Assembly: GCA_002269645.1 (NCBI GenBank)
Contig: NIVC01000884.1
Span: forward strand, 248,001 to 312,000
Length of the DNA: 64,000 nt
Origin: Macrostomum lignano
Lineage: Eukaryota
Direction: 5' to 3'
Each line of letters begins with the position of its first letter. The first letter of the stretch is position 1. Shown here one piece after another: positions 32,127-44,966 of this stretch. The position numbers and the translations under genes were made by a program. The notes beneath the pieces were generated by a model. It made no database searches. It was given only the letters and a program-made list of their open reading frames with translations, and was not told the origin of the DNA.

Positions 32127-35100
32127 ACTAGCAATCTTCGCCCCCCGATGGGGGACATCTGGATAGAATCTCTGTTCTCTACAAGTAACAAAAAGACAGC
32201 CAAAAAATCCTTCACAAAGACAACAGACAAACTGCTCAAATGAAGTGAATTGCAATAAGAAATCTTCCCAAGACCACAAGCATCCCCCAGATAGCAAGCA
32301 TTTTCCAGATAGCAAGCATCCCTCAAATAGCAAGCATCCCCCAGATAGCAAGCATCCCCCAGATAGCAAGCATCCCCCAGATAGCAAGCATCCCCCAGAT
32401 AGCAAACATCCCCCAGATAGCAAGCATTCCCCAGATAGCAAGCATTCCCCAGATAGCAAGCATTCCCCAGATAGCAAGCATCCCTCAGATAGCAAGCATC
32501 CCCCAGATAGCAAGCATCCCCCAGATAGCAAGCATCCCCCAGATAGCAAGCATCCCCCAGATAGCAAACATCCCCCAGATAGCAAGCATTCCCCAGATAG
32601 CAAGCATTCCCCAGATAGCAAGCATCCCTCAGATAGCAAGCATACCCCAAATAGCAAGCATCCCTCAGATAGCAAGCATCCCTCAGATAGCAAGCATACC
32701 CCAAATAGCAAGCATCCCTCAGATAGCAAGCATCCCTCAGATAGCAAGCATCCCCCAGATAGCAAGCATCACTCAGATAGCAAGCATCCCTCAGATAGCA
32801 AGCATCCACCAGATAGCAAGCATCCCCCAGATAGCAAGCATCACTCAGATAGCAAGCATCCCTCAGATAGCAAGCATCCACCAGATAGCAAGCATCCCTC
32901 AGATAGCAAGCATCCACCAGATAGCAAGCATCCCTCAGATAGCAAGCATCCCCCAAATTGCAAGCATCGCCCAGATAGCAAGCATCCCCAGAAAGCAAGC
33001 ATCCTCCAAATAGCAAGCATCCCCCAGATAGATAGCATCCCCAAATAGCAACCATCCACCAGACAATAAGTAGCTAGAGCGACAATTTCCTTAGCTTTAT
33101 AGTGGTTCCTTTAAATTAGCATGGCGCTTTATACCTTTACATTTGAAATTGTATATCTTGAATGTTTGATATGGTGGCTCTTTTATGTTTGACATAGTGG
33201 CTCTTCTATGTTTGACATGGTGGCTCTTCTATGTTTGACATGGTGGCTCTTTTATGTTTGACATGGTGGCTCTTTTATGTTTGACATGGTGGCTCTTTTA
33301 TGTTTGACATGGTGGCTCTTTTATGTTTGACATGGTGGCTCTTTTATGTTTGACATAGTGGCTCTTCTATGTTTGACATGGTGGCTTTTTTATGTTTGAC
33401 ATAGTGGCTCTTCTATGTTTGACATGGTGGCTTTTTTAGGTTTGACATGGTGGCTCTTTTATGTTTGACATGTTGGCTTTTTAATGTTCGACATGTTGGC
33501 TTTTTAATGTTCGACATGGTGGCTCTTTAATGTTCGACATGGTGGCTTTTTAATGTTCGACATGGTGGCTCTTTTAGGTTTGAAATGGTGGCTCCTTAAT
33601 TTTCGAAATGGTGGCTCTTTAATGTTCGACATGGTGGCTCTTTAATGTTCGACATGGTGGCTCTTTAATGTTCTTAATGGTGTCTGTTTTATGTTTGACA
33701 TGGTGGCTCTTTATTGTTCGACATGGTGGCTCTTTAATTTTTAACGTGGTAACTCTTTTATGTTTGATATGGTGGCACTTTAATGTTCGACATGGTGGCT
33801 CTTTAATGTTTGATAAGGTGGCTCTTTAATGTTCGACATGGTGGCTTTTTAATGTTTGACATGGTGGCTCTTTAATGTTCTTAATGGTGGCTCTTTAATG
33901 TTTGACATGGTGGCTCTTTAATTTTTGAAATGGTGGCTGTTTTATGTTCGACATGGTGGCTCTTTAATTTTTAACATGGTGACTCTTTTATGTTCGATAT
34001 GGTGGCTCTTTTATGTTTGACATAGTGGCTCCTTTAGGTTTGAAATGGTGGCTCTTAAATGTTTAACATTGTGGCTCTTTAATTTTCGAAATGGTGGCTC
34101 CTTAATTTTCGAAATGGTGGCTCTTTTATGTTTGACATGGTGGCTCTTTAATGTTCGACATGGTGGCTCTTTAATGTTCGACATGGTGGCTCTTTAATGT
34201 TCTTAATGGTGTCTGTTTTATGTTCGACATGGTGGCTCTTTTATGTTCGACATGGTGGCTCTTTAATGTTCGACATGGTGGCTCCTTTAGGTTTGAAATG
34301 GTGGCTCTTTAATGTTTGACATTGTGGCTCTTTAATATTTGACAAGGTGGCTCTTTAATGTTCGACATGGTGGCTCCTTAATTTTCGAAATGGTGGCTCC
34401 TTAATTTTCGAAATGGTGGCTGTTTTATGTTTGACATGGTGGCTCTTTAATGTTCGACATGGTGGCTCTTTAATGTTCGACATGGTGGCTCTTTAATGTT
34501 CTTAATGGTGTCTGTTTTATGTTCGACATGGTGGCTCTTTTATGTTTCACATGGTGGCTCTTTAATGTTCGACATGGTGGCTCCTTTAGGTTTGAAATTT
34601 TGGCTCTTTAATGTTTGACATTGTGGCTCTTTAATGTTTGACATGGTGGCTTTTTAATGTTCGACATGGTGGCTCTTTTAGGTTTGAAACGGTGGCTCTT
34701 TAATGTTTGACATGGTGACTCTTTAATGTTTGACATGGTGGCTCTTGTATGTTCGACATGGTGGCTCCTTTAGGTTTGAAATGGTGGCTCTTTAATGTTT
34801 GACATTGTGGCTTTTTAATGTTTGACATGGTGGCTTCTTAATGTTTGACATGGTGGCTCTTTTAGGTTTGAAATGGTGGCTCTTTAATATTTGACATGGT
34901 GGCTTTTTAATGTTTGACATGGTGGCTCTTTTAGATTTGAAATGGTAGGTGTTTAATGCTTGACAATGTGGCTCTTTAATGTTTGACATGGCTGCTCTTT
35001 AATGTTCGATATGGTGGCTCTTTAATGTTTGACATGGTATCTCTTTTATGTTTGATATGGTGGCTCTTTTATGTTCAACATGGTGGCTCTTTAATGTTTG

Positions 35101-36574
35101 ACATGGTGGCTTTTGAATGTTCGACATGGTGGCTCTTTAATGTTTGACATGGTGGCTCTTTTAGGTTTGAAATGGTGGCTCTTTAATGTTCTACATGGTA
35201 ACTCTTTTATGTTTGATACGGTGGCTTTTTAATGTCTGACATGTTGTCTCTTTTATGTTTGACATGGTGGCTCTTTAATGTTTGACATGGTAACTCTTTT
35301 ATGTTTGATATGGTGGCTCTTTTATGTTCGACATGGTGGCTCTTTAATGTTCGACATGGTGGCTCCTTTAGGTTTGAAATGGTGGCTCTTTAATGTTTGA
35401 CATTGTGGCTCTTTTATGTTCGACATGGTGGCTCTTAAATGTTTGACATGGTGGCTCTTTAATGTTTCACATGGTGGCTCTTTAATATTTGACATAAAGT
35501 CACATATATGTTTGACATGGTGGCTCCAAATGTTTGACATGGTGGCTCTTTATGTTTGACATAGTGGCTCTTTTATGTTCGACATGGTGGATCTTTTTTG
35601 TTCTACATGGTAACTCTTTTATGTTTGATACGGTGGCTTTTTAATGTCTGACATGTTGGCTCTTTTATGTTTGACATGGTGGCTCTTTAATGTTCGACAA
35701 AGTGGCTCTTTTATGTTTGACATGGTGGCTCCTAATTGTTTGACATAGTGGCTCTTTAATGTTCAAAATGGTGGCTCTTTAATGTTTGAAATGGTGGCTC
35801 TTTAATGTTCGAAATGGTGGCTGTTTTATGTTTGACATGGTGGCTCTTTTATGTTTGACATGGTGGCTCTTTAATGTTCGACATGGTAGCTCTTTAATGT
35901 TCGACATGGTAGCTCTTTTATGTTTGACATGGTAACTCTTTTATGTTCGATATGTTGGCTCTTCTATGTTTGACATTGCGCTTCTTTGATGTTTAGCAGT
36001 TTTGTTGTGTTTTTAAGGTGTTTTAATAAAAAAAATCTTTTTGCACTACTGAGATTCGAACCCAGGTCGCTACATTAGCATTCCAGTCTGTTCGCATCAG
36101 GGCTATCTCTTTTCAATTGGAGAACATGAATTGTGGCCATTATAATTCAATTCTTACAGCAAGTCAATTGGAGTAAAAAGTTATGACATAATCAATTTCT
36201 CAGTCAGCCAGTATCAGTCTCAATTTAAGTTAGCAATATGGTTACGCAATTTCAATCAAGTCGTGTGTGCATTTCTTCGGCACTGTTTTCAACTTGTTGT
36301 GATGCAATCTTTAGCACAATCGGAATTCAGTCAGTCAGTTTTTTCTCTAGCATTCTTACAATGCATTTCAAGTCGAAAATTTGGCTTGACCTTTGCAAAA
36401 AAGCATGTTTATCGAATATTTAATCCCTTTAACATTGAGCAATTTCTTAGCCAGGATGCATGTACCGTGCCAGGAAAATTTCTGATCAAATGGTGCAAGT
36501 TTGAAGAAAATCGGTTGAGCCAATTTTTCTGAAATCTATCGCATACCGACAGACAACTCATTTTTAGTATATAG
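32127..36574 (+). mobile_element. Non-autonomous Helitron/Helentron-like element, copy 2 of the tandem dimer
   Basis: Same modules in the same order, directly head-to-tail with copy 1; ends TTTTTAGTATATAG. The duplication itself is certain; the Helitron class is inferred. Confidence 0.55.
36043..36110 (-). other. tRNA-derived (pseudo-tRNA or SINE-head-like) module; second copy at about 31596-31660
   Basis: The minus strand reads ...GACTGGAATGCTAATGTAGCGACCTGGGTTCGAATCTCAGTAG, with a T-arm-like CTGGG-TTCGAAT-CTCAG stem-loop (B-box). A full cloverleaf is not evident. Confidence 0.5.
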
Positions 36575-38520
36575 GAAGGATGGACATTCAAACATACAAA
36601 CCTTAGAGATTTAGTATATTTAGATTATGGACAAGCATACAAACAAATATTAGAGATTTAGTATATGTAGATATACGAGCCTACAAAGTTGTTTAAGATA
36701 TAAAGTTGAGCGTTGTGAGTGTCACTGATGCAAAATCTATCTTAAGCTGTAGCAACAGCGCAGCTAGCGTATACTTTTGGAAAAAAAGCTACAGAAAGTA
36801 AAAAATAGGATTTTTATTTCTGGGGCACATGTATAGATGTTAATTCACCAGATGTGTTTACTCGTTTTTCTGCTTGATTTTCACTTTTAATCTAAATTTT
36901 TATGAAAAAAGGGGATTATATATTCCTGCAGATTTAATTATAAAAGATAAAGATATGAGTGACTGTTTCGATTGCATGCCGCGATAACTTGACAAGTGAC
37001 AAGCCTAAATCCGAAGAATATCTGATTGTAAACAAAATATCCAATGAATATAGTTAATATATGATAAAGGTAAACTTTTAGTTTGTTAATAAGTAATATA
37101 AATATACACAGATTATATTGTTAAACAGAAACGTTTTTTCTTTTTGACACAAGTACAGTTAGCAAATTTTTAACTTAGGGACTTAAAATATCTTTTTAAA
37201 GTGCATGAGCGCTTTTGCTGAAATGACCTTGTTCATCGTATAACTATCTCTTAATAAATGATAAAATTATATAATAATATTATTATGTCACGCCTAGAAA
37301 TAAATTCTGTTGTTTCATAATTTGTTACTTAATTTAATGATTAACTTGGAGAGACTCTAAAAAATAACTGAGAGTTTCCTTCATTTTTTAGCAACATTTT
37401 CCTTGTTGCAATTTCATAATTTCAGTTACACTGTATATAATTTTACACTATTTATTTTGCTAAAAGAATTGCTAAAGAATTACAAATTTTTATTCAGGCA
37501 TGTCTCTACTCAGTATTGTTGACTTAGGCTGGTCGCTGATGACGCTGACTCACACTTGCTGGTGTAGAATCAAAATGAAACTATTTGAGTAACAATAGGT
37601 AGGCCTAAACTAATACTAGATACATAATACATTAGCATTAGGATCCAATGTTAGATCTTTATTATTAATATTAGTATGGCCTGTTCTAGGTCTCTAAAAA
37701 TACCAAAATATATTTAAGCTTATTTCAGAAATATATAGAGCCTAAGAAAATAGCTTGAAATGATTAAAAATAAATATTGTACTTATGCTACTAGGTTTTT
37801 AGCATTCCCTTTTATATATAAATTTTATATTGAATATACATATATTATATACAAAGTTCTACAAATAACTGTCTCCAAAAATTATTTAAACAAAGAAAAG
37901 TTTTCACAAAATAATTTTATGTTGCTATTACTTGTTTTTATTTGATAACTTCTTTTTAAATTAAGTAGCATAAAGGGCCAACTATTTGACATGTTTTTCT
38001 AATTTCATCAAGTTCAACTTTGTATATAAAAATTGGTCATCTTTATCATGTATATTTCACATCTTCTAAAACATCTAAAAGTAAAATTTTTCCATTGAAC
38101 AAAACTACCAAAAAATATGACTTTATAGATTTCCACCAAAATTGTATTTTATTTCATTAACAATATATTTTATTATTTAAAAAAACCTTTTATTCCAAAT
38201 AGAATAATAGTCTTTTTTATTATGGCAAAAATTCTTTTATCCCCTAGCATAACTATGACACAAAACACCTAGATAAAGATATCAGTATGCCATGCTCTTT
38301 AATATGATTATAAATAGTCTTGGGTAATTTTTCATCAAGAATATGACTTTGTAGACCATGGAAGTAAAACTCTTAAAATTAACTATATGGTGATTGTTCT
38401 AGCTAAATTTATACATAGTAATGTTTTGTTTTCTACATTTTTAAGTAGATCTTTAACTTTAACTTTAAGCTGAGACTTGCTGCCGCCACGCTAGGCCACA
38501 CTGGCCCCACCCTAGTTGCC

Positions 38521-39690
38521 ATGGCAACAGCCATAACTGTACTATGTGGCATCCCTGCTGTTCAACACATTGCCACTCGCCATTTATTCGCCAAAACCGA
38601 AGTTGACCTTGCCACTTGTGCTGGGTGCGCGTGCTGGGACACGATCAGCGTGGGATCGAGGGAGACGCCTGGACAGCATGCCTATCACAGCGTTTACTGG
38701 AATAGCAATGGGTGCACATTGGCCATGTACTGCCTCACTGTGCTGCAGGTGTGCAATCTTATAGTGCTTGTGTATTTTATGAATAAAAAGGGCTTTTGTG
38801 AATCGATAAATCTCCCATAAAGGGGAATTTGAGAATCTTTAAATCTCCCATAAAGGGGATATTGTGAATCGATAAATCTTCCTTAAAGGGGGGATATTGT
38901 GAATCGCTATATCTCCCATAAACGAGATAATTGTGAATCACCAAGTGTCACATACAACAAGTTTCAACATAGAACGGATAGGTTAAGAAACAGCGAGTGT
39001 TTTCTGATTGCACTGCTAGTTTATGATGAAGTGTTTGAATTTGAAGCCACTCCAAGGTCACCCTTGTTGTAATCAAAGCATAATTTAATGATGAAATCAT
39101 CATCACAGGCGCTGCTATGTTACAAAGCTGTCGAGAGCCTCACCTGCATTGTCATGCGCCACGGCCTCAGTAAACTTCGTCCAGCTTTCGTCTGTCTAAC
39201 TTTGCTCAACATCTATCCCAACTATTACTCCTGGTGGAGCTATTTAATGTACCTGAACGAGAAGACGCCAATGTACAGTCTTATTAGGCATCATATGTAC
39301 TTTTACGCTAGCGAGCTAATCGTTGCCGCGCTAGTATTGCACCTGTGCAATGTCGAATCGGCTATCAATCGAGTCAAGTTGTCAATTGTGTTCTGCTTAG
39401 CGGCGTCGCACCTGGTCAGCGGATTCGCCGATCATTACCTGTTCGACCCGGCATCTGCGGCTGTGCGAGCCAGTAGGCTGGCTTCTTTCATGCACCACTC
39501 GAGAAATGCCGGCCTCATGCTGCCAGACTTGGCTCACCTATTGGTTTCTGGACGATATCTGCAGCCAATGCTGGCCAAAGCCAACACAGTTGAAGGCTTG
39601 CAGCTCGAGTCGCCTTGGAGCTGCTGGTGGCGGTGGGCCATACTATTGGCCGTCTCAATGCTGCTGTTTTGTGTCAGCCAGGCGCTGTAA
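38521..39690 (+). CDS. Uncharacterised multi-pass membrane protein; 2 exons, about 269 aa
   Basis: Exons 38521-38748 and 39109-39690, phase 0, with CAG|GTGTGC and CACAG|GCG junctions. Motifs CxCxCWDT, YYSWWSY, H.yFyasEL and R.aGlMlPDL resemble a conserved, unnamed invertebrate family (recognised by eye). Several hydrophobic segments. Confidence 0.8.
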
Positions 39691-39866
39691 AGATTGTGCT
39701 CAAATAATTTCCTACTTCATGATAATTCTAGTGATTCTATCAAAATACGCGTATTGTTTGAAGGAACCACTCGGCATGCCATCCAGATCTTTCACTGGAG
39801 GGGTGCGCTTTGTTTATTTGATTTGCCGTTTCATTTGAAGGGTTGCCCGGGTCAGGAGCACCACTG

Positions 39867-40093
39867 CGGGGGCGTCGCCATGGATTTTTGGGCGAAAATT
39901 TCTGCATGACTTAAATTCCTACATTGATTTGGGAATCAGTGTTTCTAGCAACTTTTTTAGCGCCGCAGGCCTCCATTCGGGCGCCGAAGGCGCTATATTG
40001 TGGCGCCACGAAGCAAAATTATTGATTTCCATAACGGATCACAAGGTGGGGTGGGGGGATGCCGCCCTGTTTACCCCCGTGGCGACGCCCCTG
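39867..40093. mobile_element. MITE-like element with 14-bp terminal inverted repeats
   Basis: CGGGGGCGTCGCCA (39867-39880) pairs with TGGCGACGCCCCTG (40080-40093) at 13 of 14 positions. No convincing TSD. Confidence 0.55.
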
Positions 40094-40754
40094 AGCATCA
40101 GCACCATCGGCAGCAACCCTAGGGACGCTAAAGCTGTACTCAAGGGGGCTGAAAGAAGTCTTATTTTATTTACTTTTTAATAGTTTAATTAAGCTTTTAA
40201 TCACATTTGTTTTATCGTGACAACACGTTAATCTCCCATTCAATATTTGCTACGTGGTAGTTTTTTAGTAACTGTTTATGTCATCTTTTTACTGCCTTTT
40301 TTCAACTGAAGCTAATTATGTTATCCTTTCCTTTGTACAAACTGCAGAACTGCTTTTTTGTTACTAAAAATGCATTTGTCTTTTTTTAGTGAGAATCTGT
40401 GCGTATGCTTTGCTCAAAAAATCGTTCATTCATATTCTTTGATTTTTTATAGTATTAAATAGATTTTGAGTTCTGTAGCTGTTAAGATATTGGTAAAACT
40501 TTAGTTATCAGAGGCACGAGATTTCGCTTCCCCTCTAAGCTTCGTAAATCAGTGCAATTCCCGACATTTGACTGACCCAATTGGAGTACCGACAATTTTT
40601 TTAGGTTTGGGTTAATCGTTCGGGTTGAGTTGTTAAGATTAAAGTCTGTGGGCTCCCGGCGCAAGGCCTTTGGCGACATCGTCCCATAGGCCATAACCAG
40701 GATTGAGACGATTCCTGAGCATATATAAGCGCGCCAATGCTGAACTCAGGCACG

Positions 40755-43700
40755 CATCCCTGATGCATCTTCAGTAGATTTTCGAGGACGCTTCTCCTTA
40801 GCTTCCTAGGGATCAGTAGCCGGGATCAGTACCCAGGACGAGGTCGTCTTCGACGCAGACGCAGAGTTGTTGCCATAGGTGCCAGTACGCACGGATGTTC
40901 TCTTGGAGGTTCGCCTTGCAGTTTGGAAATCATCTAGGATTATCTTCTTAAGAAGCCGATATTCTGAATCACGGTTTGCTGCTTCGGAGATTTCTTTCTC
41001 CGACTGCGACAGAGCGTGCACTGAGCTGATAGCCTGCTCCCTGTTGTCGAATTCCAGGATCTGATCGCTCGCTTTAGGCTCCTCCACCGGCGCTCTGGAC
41101 AGTGCGTCGGCGTATTCATTTAGCTTGCCCTTGATCCACCGAGCTGTGAAGCAGAATCGGTCGAGCTTTTGCCGCAGCCGCTGAATTCTCGGGTTGTCGA
41201 CTTGGTCCAGGGTGTAATCGTTTAAAATGGGCTCCAATGGCTTGTGGTCGATCACTATTTCAAAGTGATGCAGTCCTTCCAGGAAGAGGTGGCACTTCTT
41301 AGCGGCCCAGGCAACAGCTAATAATTCCAATTCGATCATCGCGTACCTGCTTTCTGCAGCAGAGAGAAATCTTGATCCAGCTTGTACAGGCTTCCATGCG
41401 CCATCGCGCTGCCTCTGTTTTAGCAGGAAACCAAGACCTTTGAGTCTTGACGCATCTGTGTGTAGCGCCGTAGGTCTGCTTGAATCATAATACGCCAGTG
41501 TAGGAACAGAAGCTAATTCTTTGCTCTTGAGTAGGTCACGCAACGGTTGTGACTGCTCAGCAACCGCTTTGCTGAATGATCCGATCTGGTTGATCAATCC
41601 AAACCAGGATCGCAGGTCTGTTAAGTTTCTTGGCGTCGGGAACTCTCGGATCGCATTTGATATCTCAGGATCGATAGAGTAGCCATCGTGATCGAGCCGG
41701 AATCCAGCGAATGTGATTGTAGGCTGCGCAACGATAAACTTATTTGGGGTTCAGTGCAATTCTGAACTTCTTGCATCTGTCTAAGAACTGTCTGACAGCT
41801 TCCATGTGCTTCCCTTTGTCCGAGTGAGCAATTAAAATGTCGTCCACTACATGGTAGGCGTTTTCCATACCTTCGAGAGCTTCATCGATTCTTCTGTTGT
41901 AGTGTTCGCAGATCGAGCTGATTCCGAATGGGGCGCGCTTGTACCTATATTTCCGAAGGGTGTTATGAATGTAGTCAGGTTCTGTGATTCTTTTGCGAGT
42001 GGGATTTGATGGTAGCCTTTGAGAGCGTCAACCTTCGTAAATAATCTTGCTGCTGGTGGTAATCTCGAGACGATTTCAAGTGGTATACTGCTCATGTAGC
42101 GTTCACGCACCACGTATTTGTTGAGGTTCCTCAAATCGACGCATGAGTCGGATCTTTCCGTATTCCTTCTTATTTTAAACTGTAATTGGGGCGCACCACT
42201 CTGTCGGCTCGGTGATGCGTTCAATAATGCCCTGTTCCTCCAGTTCGTTCAACTCGGCCTTCAGCTTGTCCTTCAGGGGTTCAGCGATCTTTCTTGGACA
42301 TGAGATGGCAAATGGTTCGTCATTGTCTTTAGTTTAATTTTGAATTCCTCTCAGGGCATGTGCATCTCTTGACCTTTGAACAGCTCTGGGTATTCGGACA
42401 TTAGTTGCTCGGCATCGGTACCGTGACTTGGTGTGCTGTTTCCGGTTATCTGGTGCATGTGCATATAGTGAGGGAATTCTTGTGGGATCAGCGCGAACTG
42501 CTTGCAGGTCTGTCGGGATAGAATTGCTCCAGAGATATTCTTCTGCAGTACAAGAATCTCCTTCTCTAGCACTTTGTCGCCCAGTTTCAGAAGTACTTTT
42601 GTTGTTCCCAAGTTCTCAATTGGTCTTCCATCGACTCATGTGGGTACTACCATAGACATTGCCAGCTCTTTTGCTTTGATCTTCAGCTTTGGCAACTCGG
42701 CTGCTGGGATCGCGTCTATACTGGACCCAGTGTCCGGTCGCATCGGCATTCGACATGTGCCCTTTCCTGTTATCACTGTCACTTCAATCTTCTCAAGCGC
42801 ATCGTTAACCGTTGAGATCACTGAGGCGATTGTGTTGCCTTGTGCTTGTGAGAAGTTCTTCGGCTTGCTCGTCCTTTCTGTCGTTGACTTGCAAATTTGC
42901 GCGAAGTGATTCTTCCTCCCGCACTTCTTACACTCTTTGCCGAACGCTGGGCAATTCTGTCTGGTGGGAGCGTGCTGCTTCCCGCAAAATGAGCATTGTG
43001 TCACTCGTTGAGTTGATTTGCTGCGCTGCTCTCGTCGCGGACCTCGTCCCTGAACGCCGATTTGCCTCTCAGGGCATTCATCGCGGAGTGCTCTTCCGTG
43101 ATGACGACACTCTTGTGCTTGGCAGATTCGCAGATGCGCTTGGCTGTCTCCAGGGTCTGCCCGTTTCCTTCTTGAAGAAGCTTCTCGACGACGCTGGTGT
43201 CGCGCGTGCCAGTGACGATCCTGTCTCGAAGCATGAATTTCGCGCAGTTGTCGCAACATCTGCCCAAGTTGCACTTGGTGGCCAATTCTTTCAGGCAGAC
43301 GAACCAGTCTGAGAAACACTCATCTGGGCGTTGGCTTCTTAGCCAGAATTATCTTCTCTCATAAGGTTCGTTGATCTCACCGACTATGAAAGCCTTCAGA
43401 GCTTCCAAAATCTTATCCGTGTCAGACTTGTCTTCGTCCTTTAAGCTTGGCAGGTTCTCCACCAGCTTCAGTGTTTCCTGACTGAGGCAGTTCCGTAGAG
43501 TGTAGAGTCGCAGTTTCTTCTTCTCGGCTTCGTTTGCCACTGCAGTCAGTCCAGACAGCACTTCGAATCCTTTCCACATCGATTGCCATAGGGCAAATAG
43601 GTGCTTCTGGGATTCGATGTCGAACTTCGGTGCGGATTTAATGTCGATCTTGCTGGCCATGATTTTCTCAGTGGTTTAATCCTGCTTGCGACGCCATGTT

Positions 43701-43822
43701 GTATCTCTAATAGATAATCGGCTTAGCTTAATAATCCGCTCAGTCACGGTGGCCGTCTTCAGTATATTTGCATACAGTTAACAGTTACGCGTACAATTGT
43801 CTATGGCCAAAGCCACACAACT
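40755..43822 (-). mobile_element. Degenerate Ty3/Gypsy (Mag-like) LTR retrotransposon, 3'-truncated in the integrase zinc finger
   Basis: Gag starts at 43660 and has an in-frame TAA at 43349-43351, MLRDRIVTG and a double zinc knuckle (CSFCGKQH...CKKCGRKNHFAQIC). Protease DTG; RT VDLRNLNK, KVDALKGYHQIPL, TTFITPFG, VVDDI; RNase H TDAS, ELELLAV, DHKPL; start of integrase (PRKLRRSVLENLLKMHQG). Several frameshifts. The probable 5' LTR begins TGTTG at 43697 on the + strand and its outer end is uncertain. No 3' LTR seen. Confidence 0.93.
43679..43696 (-). promoter_or_regulatory. Retrotransposon primer-binding site, tRNA-Ser-like
   Basis: The minus strand reads CAACA|TGGCGTCGCAAGCAGGAT, complementary to a tRNA 3' end ...ATCCTGCTTGCGACGCCA. 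This is similar to the tRNA-Ser(CGA) 3' end ATCCTGTTCGTGACGCCA. Confidence 0.75.
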
Positions 43823-44966
43823 AAGGCTAGCTGGAGATAAACCAATGTACACATGTAGATGTACTTTACTTCCCGGTGTAAAAAGTTGCGTCTGACGGAC
43901 GTCAAATTATCCTCGTCCACAAGTACTCCTTATGTACGTCCGAATATGGTCATGCAGACGCTGACAAATCGAAATTTCGGACGGTTTTAGGACCGACAGA
44001 TTTTTGCGCTATATATACTATTATGAGTAGACATATTTAAAGATATTAAGGACTCGAAGTCGAATGCGGAAAATTAAAATGGCTTAATTGTTGCTCAAAT
44101 TTTACTGCTTCATTGTTGTTTTATTGTAAGTTTAGCATATATATTTGTACTTAGCGTTATACAAACTGCTAAAAATTTCCCTTTAGTTGTCAAGCAAGAT
44201 AAAAAATTCGTGAAAATTAAATGAAGGAACAATTAAAATTGAAGAAGTAATTAAACAAAAAAAGTAAAGCAAACTGAAATTCAAACTAATTAGTTAAAAA
44301 GTAAGTCGAATTAAATGTAAACTTGTAAACTTGGCCCATGGCAAAATTTCGGTCATTTTAAACGAATAGAAAAATAGAGAAAATCCCATTTACACGAGCA
44401 TAAATATATTCACCAGCTGCTCTTATAGCTACACGCATTATAAAGTAGAAAATTTTCGGGCCTCGCATCAAAGTGTATAGTACGTATATAACTTCCTGTG
44501 ATTATCTCTCTTCGGATGAAACCCTACTGTTGATAATCCCGAATCTGCGCGAATATCGCTGAAACTAATCCAGTAGCTTGATTGTCTGCTAATCGTTTTT
44601 TGAAAGCGATTAAAAGCCTGCAGTTTCTGTAGGACGCTTCTGTGCGACGACGCTAAATATGCATTTTTGTATGATTTCGGCTTTTGATGACGTAAAGCCG
44701 ATGGAAGATATCGAATGATGCAAATCGCCATTAGCCTCAGACGACTCTGTGTCAATTTTGTAAGAATAATTATCGCTCACATGTACCAGCGAAATGCGAA
44801 TTTTCCCTGAAACAATTTGGAGTGAAGGCGCGTGACTCCTCTTAAATTCACACGTCGACTATGAATGAGTCTCTTCAAATGCCTCTAATTCCTTTCTGTG
44901 AACTTGTAGCTCAACCGGGATAGCTATACTCGTATAATGCGTGGAGCACTGAGTTAAAATTTACTC

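Noticed and set aside
27870-35990. CRISPR-like appearance of the 18-bp and 20-21-bp arrays (and of other minisatellites in the window)
   Set aside because: Units are contiguous degenerate copies with no unique spacers, there are no cas genes, and the context is intron-containing eukaryotic DNA.
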